A stretch of DNA of 64,000 nucleotides, taken from NCBI GenBank assembly GCA_050273025.1, contig CP158636.1:1550001-1614000 (forward strand), given 5' to 3'. Below the pieces are notes generated by a model. That model was not told the DNA's origin. It did not search any database and worked only from the letters and a program-made list of their open reading frames with translations. Each line of letters starts with the position of its first letter. Position 1 is the stretch's first letter. Shown here one piece after another: positions 53,339 to 64,000 of the stretch. This stretch comes from Cenococcum geophilum. Taxonomy: Eukaryota. Made by a program: the position numbers and the translations under genes.

Positions 53339-54815
53339 TTCTAGGGGCTTTTAAACCGCGGTATTGTATAGAAGACGTTGGGTGGAATATAGATTAAGTA
53401 GAGTTATGCGGTCATTTATTACTAAGGGGCGGCTTATTAGGACGGAGTTATTTTAGGTTCTTAGCCACATTTTAGCAAAGTGCTTCGCTATATTAGCGCC
53501 GTCAAATCACGTAATAAGGAATCGACTTTATAGTTAAGGGATCGTTCGGTTATAAATAAGGTCTATATTATAATCTATTTAATCTATACGTCTTTTAGTG
53601 TCACCCGTTTTGTAATTAGTGGCGGCTACTACCATAGCCCAGTTAAATCCGTAAATGAGTTGATTGTTTAGTAAGCCTCCAGATAAGGCTCCATATTTGA
53701 CTCCGCACAATGGGTTATTAATTTTAGTGGTTAATTTAAGTAACCCCCTCTGCTACTAGGCCTCTATCGCGACTCCCTACTTTAGTATAGCAATAGAGCC
53801 TCCTCTACGGCTAATACCCTCTCGCCGGTTAACCTTTTCTATATCTACGGCAACCTCCCATAGAAGCTATAGAAGAGCTACTACGACGCTTACAATGCCT
53901 ATAACGCCCACGACGCCCCAAAAATAAGCTTATCGCGATTATAAAGGTTAATAAGATAATAATATTATATAAGGCTTGTAAATGCGATAGTAGTATTATA
54001 ATTAGGGCATATAGAGTCGCTATATTATAAGAAGTCGTATATGCGAGAGCTCCAGAATTAATATAGAATATAGGGCAGGAGCTTAAGGCTCCATATTAAA
54101 ATGGTGCTAAGAGCTCTATTTTAACTACTATATACGGTATAACTTGTAAATTTGCCGCGCTTACCGATATAAAGGAGCTCCATATTTAAAAGTCGTTAGA
54201 TCTACCAAACAATCACCTTATATTTAGATTTAAGCTCTATTTCGGTTATAATATAAAGCCTCTATATTTATAACGGAGGTATAACTAAACGATCCCTAAG
54301 TCTCCCACGTTTACAGCTAATTTATATTAACTCGCACCTAAAACAGCATTATAGATTTATTAGTTCTTTCTAAGTTTAATCTACTAACGCCTCTATTGAC
54401 ATTTACGAGACCCCATTATAGAGAGTGGGCTCTATCTCCTATATATTAGTCTCCCCGCACTCCCAAGGGTTTATAAAACATAGACTAGGGTTACACAACT
54501 CCTTAAAGTGTAATTCGCTTATTTCTAAGCTATGGCTTATAGCCCTATACGCGTGTTATTAATTGAACGTTTAGAGTCAGTATAGAAAATTTAAGGTTCG
54601 CTAAGGATATTAAAACTCTCGCAGCTTTCTACTCCTTAATTACCGCCCAATACGGCCTTGAAAATCTAAGGATTTAGAAACCAGGGCGGCTAAAAATAAA
54701 TATACCTAAAATAGGCTATTCTTTAGGGTCTAGCTCGGTCCCTAACTCCACGCCGTTCTTTACCCACCTTACCATCGTTTATTCCCTTCTATCGCTATCA
54801 CTATAGTAAGCTAAT

Positions 54816-55585
54816 ATGGACCAAGCCAGTTAAGTACTAGCATAAGGAGTGCCTCCTGGCGTTCCTAAATCCTACTATACACTAGTAGATTATAGGAAAG
54901 TTCCTTACACTACCCTCCATTGTGTAAAGGGACGACGGTTAATTAAAGAGAAGGCCAAAAGCTAAGAGTATCTTAACCCATACGAAGATAAAGCCGTTAT
55001 AGATTTCTTGTTATAAATGTCTTATCTTAGACAGCTAGTGCGGATGAAGTATATACCTTTAATAGCCTTCCTTACCACCCGCAACCGGCCGATATAAAAA
55101 AGACTATATAAACCCCTAGGCAAGAATTAGGCCAAGGCCCTAGAGAATCGTTATCCAGAACTCAAAGTAAGAATAGTTAAGGCGCTAGACTGGAACCGTC
55201 ACGAGAAAAACATCTAAGAAGATCATAGACTGGTTTAAAAAGATTGGGCAGGTATTATAAGATCTAGCTATTTTAGCAGAAAATATATACAATATGGATA
55301 AGACCGGAGTAATACTATCCATATTAGGCTCCGTCAAGGTCCTTATAGGTAAGAACAACATATAAGACTATAGAGGTGCGCGTATTAAGCGAACGATGGT
55401 TACCGCGATCGAATGCATTAGCGCTGACGGTAGGTATTTAACACCTATAATTATTTGGCCTGCCACTACCTATTAAAGTAACTAGACCACGTTCCAAACC
55501 CCTAGATAGTAGTATACGTGCTCCGAATCTAGATATACCAACTCTAAGATCAGCTTAGAGTGGCTTAAGCGTATATTTAATCCCT
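54816..55585 (+). mobile_element. Truncated pogo/Tc1-mariner (Fot1-like) DDE transposase
   Basis: HTH-CENPB-like region (KPLGKN*AKALENRYPEL), ENIYNMDKTG (first catalytic D), VTAIECISADGRYLTPIIIW and SESRYTNSKISLEWLKRIFNP, then an abrupt break before the second D. Confidence 0.9.
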
Positions 55586-55870
55586 ATATATGTAATTTTC
55601 TATTTAGCAAAGCTTATAAGCTTTAGATTGACTTTAATCTTTAATCTAAGTAGAAAGATAAATTCCAGAACGCGGCTATTTTATTTTGTTATATCTAACA
55701 CAAAGTACCTATAATTTGTCTCTTTATAGGGTGCGTCTCTTAACCAAGGGACGGACGTTAAAGTTTTAGGCCTTTATAATGCAATATATTAGAAGTATGC
55801 CTATAAACTATTAAAGCAATTACTAATAAAGAGATAAAAGTTACTAGCCCTTAAAGCAACATCAATATAG

Positions 55871-56275
55871 CTAAATCCATCCACCTAGACTATATCCTAA
55901 ATCTTTAGTAGATTCCACCCTAATTCCCTAGAACGCAAGCCAGTCTCACTTAGCCGCTATTTTCTTATAAGTGTATTTTTCAAGCGTATTATACATTAAC
56001 TAAATAGCTTTATAGGCCTTCTGTAATAGATTAAGTATAGAATACTAGTATTCCTAATAGCGTATAAGACGTCGCTGTAAGAGGAAATTCTCCCTTATAA
56101 GCCTTTTAAGAGTCTCTAGTTAGTCCCTTTTCTAAAACTCTTCCACCCTTTTTATTAAGGTTTCAATGGAGAAAGTTTTATTTAGGGTAAAGGGTTATAT
56201 AGTTAAAATCTCAGTTTTATAGCTAGAGTTAGTGTCTATATTGTCGTTTATAAGATAAGTAGGGGTATACTTTAA
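55871..56275 (-). pseudogene. Small helical/coiled-coil protein relic (paralogue at about 63250-63650)
   Basis: LETLKRLIRENFLLQRRLIRY...AAK*DWLAF*GIRVES...GGWI*. Confidence 0.5.
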
Positions 56276-58629
56276 TAGTAATATAGCGGAAAACATTACT
56301 AAGTGCCAGTTTTTAGGCGGGAAACTTAGGGACCTAAAATATGTCCCTTTTGCTATTATTATCTAGGACCTACTTCCGGCCAAGGACCCGGTTTTAGGCC
56401 CGTTAATATGCGGAACAATAGTACTCCTAGCAATATGCCCTCTATATTAAGTCTATTTCTAAAACGGCAACCATTATTTATAAGGCGCCTCTGCCTTTTA
56501 ATAGTCTATTTAAGCATGCTTTTGTTATAATTAATTTTTATGTCTCTAGAAACACTACTAAGCTAATCCGAGCCATTTTAATTTAGAAGATTAATTACTA
56601 CTTCGACTAAAAATTAAATAAATCAGTATATTCTGCGGATGCGGTTATACGCTAATATAGCCTAAAAAGAGCTCTCGTGGGCCTATATCAGAGGATAAGC
56701 CGATTTACTCCCCTTATATTATAAAAGGAATATAGGAGAAATCTTCTACTAATAGAGACAAGGCAACTATAGTGCGCTTTTACAAGCCCAGTCAAATCCA
56801 TTTTAGAAGACCTGCCGTACCGTTACCAGAACCTATAGTAATGGAAGATCTAGCTAGCAATACTAGGGAAGAGTAAAAAGGATATCTCCTTGTAGGTTAA
56901 GGGGATTAGCCTTATATAGTGCGCTAAATATCTATTTATCTTTATTTGTAAATCTAAGGATTATTCCTAAATTATATTACTTAGATATAGTAATCTTGTT
57001 AGATCTAAATCCACCTTATATTAGATCTAATGTAAAGTTATACCTCTTTAGGTAGGTTTCTAGCTAATATAGGAAGATACTAAGCCTAAAGCAATTTGGA
57101 CTAGAGTGGATCTGAGGCTAAATCTACTCCACTCCTATCTAATAAGATTACTACTTAGATAACACGTCTATAATAGCGTCGCTTGCGATATAAATAAAGT
57201 AGTACTCTACTAATAACTAATAAGTTTAACAGTAATCTTCTAGTATAAAGTAAGTGCCAATAAATAATTCTAATTAATTACATTATCGCCTTTACCTTTA
57301 TATATCTATATACAAAGCAGTAAAGTAAGAAACTATATTAGCGCTAAATTAGGACTATAGCTATCTAAATAAAGATAGTAAATAAAAGCGCAGAAATATC
57401 TGGAAAGCCCTACTTAGATAGAACACCTACTCTAGTAAGAATACTAGGGTTTATTAGCATAGGCGTTATAAACGGTTAAACTAAAGGTCTAGTAGTTACG
57501 TTAAAGTTAAAGAATAAGTTAGTAGTATTTAGTAGGATTATAGTAATATTAGACCAAGAGGTTGCGGAGCACGTAGTAAAAGATCTGTTTGTTTAATAAG
57601 GACCATAATACACTATTAAGGTTAAGTTTAAGAGAGAGGTACTTTCGAGCCTATAAGAGCTAGATATAATGGCGAAATTAGTAAGGCTAATAATACTAAA
57701 GCCTAATAGATTACTAATCTGGATTTAAACAGTCGCCTCTATATAAGGGTATAAGCCATTTACTAAGGGTAAAAGATAAAAAGGAGTTAGTGTAGGTTTA
57801 CTAGCGAATATAGTTATAACTAGGGCGATGCTACTAAGGTTTTGATTTTAAGCTAAACCTAGCCTAGTAGAAAATATAAAAACTTATATAACAGCGAGTA
57901 AATATATAGCCTTTTTTATTATTATAGAACTTGCTAATATAAGTGCGGGAATGACCGTATTTATATAATTGCCCTAGATGTCCTAAGAATATAAAAGGGG
58001 TCTAGAATATGGTCCTTGTGTAGGATAATAAAGCTAACCCTTAGAGTATAGGCAACTAATTATAGCTAATAGAAGCCGCTTTTTAGTCCCTCTTATATAG
58101 AGCCTAAAAATGGGCCTTAGACTAGGTAGCCCCTTTTTGGTCTTTAGAGTTCTAAATGCTAAAAAGAAGTATAAAAGGACGGTGCTTTATAGTGACTATA
58201 TCCTACATGCCCTAAAATCGTTTTACGTTCTTTTACTTAAATTGCTTATAGATTTTAATTAGCTAGCCTGATTTTATAAACTAGATAGTTTAGGGCATGC
58301 CTCGTTTACGTTATAGTTTACATTTTACTTTAAGTCGTTATTTACGTCCCCTATTATTTAATATTAAGCAAGCACAAGCCTTAAACTTATCCGCTACGCA
58401 ATCCGCTAGTAAATAAACTAGTAAACGTCGAAGCGCACGTCTTAGTAGGGAGCCTACTTCGCGGTTACCGTAGGGCTATAATCCACTACTAAGAAGAGGC
58501 TCAGTGCCCTAGGCGCAAGGTCGTCAATCTAACATCACTTCTTATTTTAACTCTATACTATCCCTAAAATAAAGTAATCTACTATTTTATAAGGAGCGTA
58601 CTAGTTAAACTCCTATATATACAAGTGCC

Positions 58630-61600
58630 ATAACCGCAGAAAATATACCACCACCGCCTCGTTTTCCCCTACAATAATCTATAGAGTCTACTTCTGTTCC
58701 TACTGCTACTATAGCTATTATATCTGTCTCTAAGCGCTTATAACAGCCACTAGAACTTTCTAGTAGGCCTTCCTCTAGTAAGAACGCTACTCCGACTCCC
58801 TTTAGCTAGCAATAAGAACAGTTATCGCAACCTGTAGAATCTAGCACCTTATCTACTTTAGCGGGTAAACAGCAATCGCCTCTTAGAGATATAATTTCTA
58901 GAGGGTCTCCTAATATCTCTCCTTTATCTCCGTTAACTTTATAGCAACAGCCCATAGAATTAATTGAGTTTACTTTAATTCCCGAATAACCTTAGCGGTT
59001 AGTATCACTAGAGACCCGATCTTAGTCACCAGCCCCTAAAAAGGAAGTTACTACCTTATCTATACGTAAACAGCAATCGCCTCCTAGGGATCCTATTTCT
59101 AGAGAGTCTCCTAATATCCCCTTATCTCTATTAACTTTATAGTAATAACCCGTAGAATTAATTGAGTCTATTTTAATTCCTAAATAACCTTAGCGGTTAG
59201 TATCACTAGAGACCCGATCTTAGCTAGTAACCCCTAAAGAGGAAAATCCTATTTCTAGAGAGTCTCCTAATATCCCGTCATCTCTATCAACTTTATAGCA
59301 ACAACCTATAGAATTAATTAAGTTTACTTCGATCCCCTAATAACCTTAGCAACTAGTATTAGTAGAAACTCAATCCTAGCCACTAACCCCTAGAAAGGAA
59401 ATTATAAACTAGCTGCCTAATATATTAGACTAACCTTTCGATTTACCTTTATAGTAGGCACTTGGCCCTCTATAGAAAGTCTATATAAGGTAATAAGAAG
59501 CACTAAAAGAAGATTAAAATAAACCTCCGTTACAGCTTTCCCGGTATATACTAATAGGAGTATTTCGCTTAGCGGAAAAATTAGAGGCTTTTCGCAACGT
59601 AGAATTAATATATAGCTTTTATTATTAGGCTATAAGGGATTTGGTATAGATAGATGGAGATTCTAGATATATATAATATAGCCATGCTATACACTAGGAC
59701 TGTATTAAGCGTAGTGGTCTTAATAACGGATGCCTAGTCTGTCCTATTTAGTCTATAAGTTTTATAAGTTATCTACCGGAGTTAGAAGCGAAGGATTATA
59801 TAATATTAAATAAAATTGGGATAGAGTGCTTTGTATATAGAAGTGGACTAACGTAAACTACTTAATTAGTAGTCTTACTATATAACTATAGGTTCCACTA
59901 AGACTGTATTAAAGACGGCGGCTTAGTAAATAGGTGTCCTAAATACAGAAATTCGGTTCTAACGTACGGAAGTTAGCGTAAAGTTTATATACTATTCCTA
60001 ACTCCTAGTAAAGCAGGTACTCCCCCACTACCTCCTAATATAGGAGGTACTGCTTTACTACCTCCTTATAGAGAAAGTGCTATGATAAGGAATTAAAACA
60101 GGGATAGATTACTTAGCGAGTTATTTTATATTTATTCTAAAATTTGGTATATCTTTAAAGAAGAGAAACGGAGATTGTAAGAAATTCAGGACATAGCTAA
60201 CTTTGATTTAGATGGATGGCTAAATGATTTTTGTGCTAACTATACAGATCCTAGAAGTAGTATAAGTAGCATTTTAATATAATGGCATTTCTCTAAATAT
60301 AACCTAGATCTTAATATATAGGATCCTTAAGTCTGGGATGTAGGGAGAGACTAGCGTAACACTACTTTCTATAATATAATCGTTACCGCGATTACCTCCT
60401 TAATAAATAATAATCCGGATAAAGGTAGCGTAAGGCTTGCATTTTATAACGCGAACCAAATTAGGTCTTAAGATATTAGCAATGTATTTTATCCTAACTT
60501 TTAGTTGCCCTATAAAAGGATATATAGGAGAGCTACCATAGATAACGATTGGTAGAAAGTTAGATCGCATATAGTTAAATATATTCGCAAATTCCATAAT
60601 TATCCCATTATGGAAACGCTTTACCGCACACTTAAGTCAACTTAAGAGGATAATAATAATAATGAAAAGTCTAGCGGAAATGCAATACCGCAAGAAAATA
60701 GTAGCTAAGAGTAGCGTAGCGGTGATGGAACCTTAGGGAACGCTAGTAATATTATTCCACCTATAGGAGGCAATGAAAATAGAGGCGGAAACTAGCCCCC
60801 TAGTAGCACAGTCCTAACTATAGGAGGTAATAATAATAGAGACGGAAGCCAGCCCCCTAATAGTACAATTCCATCTATAGGAGTTAATTAACCCCTGGAT
60901 ATTCCATCTACTAGGCCCAGACTATATACGTCCAGAGGATAGGTATATAACAATGGAGTTAAAAAGGAGATTATAGGCTATAAACTATACGCTAGTAGAT
61001 ATTAATTGCTTCTATAGACCCCCGCTCCCTAAGGGGGTTACTTAAATTATAAATTAGTTGTAGCACATCTTCTAGGAGGGGATACTGTTATTAAGGGATA
61101 TAAAGAATATATAACCGATTAAGAAGAACAGCCATTTCTCTTTAAGGAAAGTAGTATTAACCTCCTAAGAACTAAAACTAAAGCGGAGATAACTATTACG
61201 GGCTAGAGCGTTTTTAGACACTATACTACTCCTCTATTTAAAGGATATTTAAATATACCAATGCAATATTTAAGGCTAAAATTTTTAGGCGAGCCTAGAA
61301 TATATTAGTATGCTAAAGGCACACTAAAGAGATATTATAATCGTCCCTAGGTTAAAAGTCTCCTATAAGGCCTCTACCGCAAATCCGGAATTTCGCCTCT
61401 AGTGTTTACTTCTTTTAAAACGCGGGAGAGAGTTATAAGATGTAGACGTTAGAATGCTACTACTGGAACAATAAAAGCTTAAGCTTCTCCGCCTTACTAT
61501 ATAACCCCTTTACTAAGTACTAGCTATACTGCGCCTATTAGCCTAATAGCTACAGGACCTAATAACTAGCCTCTACATTTAAACGTAACCCCTCGGCCTC

Positions 61601-61755
61601 CCTACGTAACTCCTTTACTAGATACTAGTAATTAACCTCCTCTATAGGCTACTAATCTAGCTAATTTAGGAGGATCTACTATTAAAGAACGACTTTTACG
61701 TCTTAAAGCGATGATTATAGAATTATTAAATACGCAGCGTGGACAGAATAGGTAG
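58630..61755 (+). pseudogene. Intronless ~1040-codon relic: Ser/Pro/Gln repeats, two tandem RING-H2 fingers, unknown C-terminal domain
   Basis: A single frame with only TAA/TAG stops. 59611-59742: [Y>C]SF[Y>C]...[Y>C]SHAIH*DC...CLVC. 59827-59946: CFV[Y>C]...L[Y>C]N[Y>H]RFH*DC...CPK[Y>C]. Confidence 0.8.
58865..59400 (+). repeat. Three imperfect coding repeats of about 160-200 bp
   Basis: ATTTCTAGAG(G/A)GTCTCCTAATATC at about 58894, 59095 and 59251, with shared downstream sequence. Confidence 0.85.
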
Positions 61756-62709
61756 ATATGTAACTTTGGAAAGCACGCGGTTACGGGGCTGCCTTTAATC
61801 TACTTTAGATGTTATTTATTATAAACCGGCTTTAATATAGGGATAGATAGATAAAGAAAATAATAAAATTGCCTAATAAAATTTGCGTCGACTGCCCGTA
61901 TGCGGTAAGGCCTTATATTAGAATTAGTTTTATTCTATTTAGGCTCTCTTAATTTTCTTTAATCAATTAATTGATTCTTACTTTATACTCCTATTAGAAT
62001 TCGCGTGTTAAATTATTTCTTGTAGGTCCTTTAAGCTTAGCTATTCCATTTACCTTACTTAATACCTATTATTAATAGGATCCTATTTTTGTATATAGAG
62101 AGAAATAGAATGTTTATTTGTAGTTTAACTTAAAAGTAGAGAACTAATGTTATTATAATCCCCTTAAATATTCATTTTTTAAGGACAGAGGTATAGGTAT
62201 ATTTGCCTAAAAAGCCAGCTAAGGAAATCTTATGTTGCTAATGTTTATGCGGAATATAGGGTTTAGGCTAAGCCGCCTTCCCTAATCTAACTTCCTTCCT
62301 TATTATAGAATACACTCTTGTTGCTCGGCTTATATCCTTTAGGCGTAACTCTACTGCTAGCTGCTTATGTTTACGATTAGGGGTATAGCTGAGTAACTAG
62401 TTTAGTGGACCCGTAAACATCTATAGTTTAATTAGGCTAAGGCAGGGGTGCATATAGGTGCTCTTGGAAAGCCCTCTTTAGTGCACTATTAATTTAGTTA
62501 AGGTATAAGCTGGCTTAGCCCAATGCTATTTTTAGACCTCCTCGGCTTCCAAAATAGTTACTAAATATTTTAGAAATTTAAAGAATAGTAGATGTGGTGG
62601 CGCGGGAGTAGAGGGGAAATGCTAAGTCTTATATTGTCCTTCGCTAAGAGATCCCAGCCTCCTATTTTAAGGAAATACCTAGACGCTATACCTAAAATCG
62701 TTAAGCTAT

Positions 62710-64000
62710 CTAATGTCACTAATCACTTCTTAAAATAGCTTAAGTTTATATAAGTTTTTAACCACTCTTACTAAATAAAGGAAGTTTAATTTGGGCCCTA
62801 TTCCTCTTGGCTATTTATAGGTCTTTTCTTATCTAGAAGGGCCATATTTTAGTTCCTCGCTAGGTTTTAGTTTTTAGGTACTTAGTATATCCCCTTATAA
62901 GGATTATAGACCTTAAATCTAGAACCTTTATTTAAGGCGGAGACTAGTCTAAGCTATAGTAATAAAAGAGGGACAGGTCTAAGCCACTAAGCACTAACTA
63001 TCTCCTTAGTTCTTCACTCTATAGTAAGGTAAAAGTATATATTTAAGGGACGGTTAGCGCTTAAAACCGGCGAAATACGACCATTTATAACTACTATCGT
63101 CTACGTAGAGTATATAGCGAGTTAGTTAGTTACTAGTTAGGCAATTACTAAGATATTGTAGCAGGACTTCACCTACTTAGGAAGTACCCAGTAATAGATT
63201 ATATAATTTTTTGCCATGTTTTCCTAATAAGCAGCGTTCGCAGCTTCTACTAAATCTACCTACCTAGATTAAATCCTAAACCTTTAGTAGATTCCCTCTT
63301 AATTCCCTAAAACGCAAGCCAATCTTACTTAGCCACTATTTCCTTATAAGTATATTTTTTAAGCACCTTTTATATTAACTAGATAGCTTTATGGACCTTC
63401 TATAGTAGATTAAGCGTAGAGTACTAGTGTTCCTAATAATGTATAAGACGTTACTATAAGAGGAAATTCTCCCTTATAAGCCTTTAAAGAGTCTTTAGTT
63501 AGTCTCTTTTCTAAAATTCCTTAGCCCTTTATATTAAGGACTTAATAAAGAAAGATTTATTTATGGTATAGGGTTCTATAGTTAAAACCTTAGTTTAGTA
63601 GCTAGAATTAGTGTCTATGTTGTAGTCTATAAGATAGGTAGGGATACGCTTTTAACGGTTATTTAGCGGAAAACACTTTAGGCGGAGAACCCTAGGACCC
63701 AAACGTGTCCCTTTTTACTATTATTATCTATAACCTGCTTCTGGTCCTAAGGACCCCGTTCTAAAATAGCTAACGCGCGAACCAGTAGTGCCCCCGGTTA
63801 TTTCTATCTTGGGTCCATTTCTAAAACGTTAACTATCTATATTCTAGCTACTCTAGTATAGAGCCCAAAAATAGGCCCTAAACTAGGTGACTACTTTCGT
63901 CCTTTAAAGTCCCAATAATGTAGAAAAAGGGGTATAAAAGGAATAATACTTTATTAACTACGGTAATTACATCCTATATATTTGCTCTAAAATTATCTTA
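62710..64000. repeat. Collinear, internally deleted paralogue of the 49.5-58.2 kb region
   Basis: 62710-62910 ~ 49515-49720; 62913-63245 ~ 50176-50525; 63250-63840 ~ 55870-56475; 63855-64000 ~ 58095-58225. Confidence 0.85.

Larger units (their letters stand above)
1..64000. other. RIP-mutated (repeat-induced point mutation) AT-rich fungal region
   Basis: Pervasive TpA with scarce CpA/TpG. Recognisable genes carry TAA/TAG at Gln/Trp positions, TAT/TAC at Cys/His positions and ATA at Met. Repeat copies differ mostly by C/T and G/A transitions. GT(A/G)AG..CTAAC..AG spliceosomal introns are present. Confidence 0.95.
1..64000. mobile_element. Probable interior (cargo/auxiliary genes) of a RIP-degraded Starship-like giant transposon; boundaries not seen
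   Basis: A patatin-like phospholipase and ferric-reductase-like genes (known Starship auxiliary genes) sit with captured gene fragments in a uniformly RIPed, gene-dense block. No DUF3435 captain or DUF3723 was recognised. Confidence 0.55.

Noticed and set aside
264..60597. ORF-track ORFs as functional genes
   Set aside because: All are short stop-free remnants of RIPed genes, or antisense/off-frame shadows of them (e.g. 5611-5964, 6476-6718, 15112-15309, 25859-26248, 60400-60597).
1..64000. Starship captain (DUF3435), DUF3723, NLR or Spok genes
   Set aside because: Looked for but not recognised by eye. Several unidentified relics remain (about 7.5-9, 18-20.6, 26.3-31, 39.4-43.8, 56.8-58 kb), so absence is not proven.

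Overview
Filamentous-ascomycete (Pezizomycotina-type) genomic DNA, heavily mutated by repeat-induced point mutation (RIP) from end to end. TpA is abundant, CpA/TpG are scarce, and nearly every gene carries TAA/TAG stops at Gln/Trp positions, so the ORF track shows only fragments. Reading through the RIP changes by eye reveals a dense, gene-rich relic rather than a retrotransposon nest. It holds a patatin-like phospholipase, one full and one partial ferric-reductase-like gene, a BCS1 AAA ATPase, an ABC ATPase fragment, a protein kinase, a tandem RING-H2 protein, a possible Ulp1-like protease and a truncated pogo transposase. It also holds an unusual concentration of DNA-binding genes: a bZIP-like plus Zn2Cys6 fusion, a roughly 10-finger C2H2 array and three double-C2H2 genes. 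PLP plus FRE is the auxiliary-gene signature of Starship giant transposons, so this is most likely the interior of a RIP-inactivated Starship-like element; I found no captain recombinase or element boundary. Non-coding structure includes two G-rich (GGAGGGCTAG)n arrays upstream of TF genes, two hairpins, a recurring GGCCC-N-TTTTGGGCC-like intergenic motif and a collinear, internally deleted paralogous block at the right end. All protein calls come from manual translation without database searches, and pseudogene boundaries are approximate.
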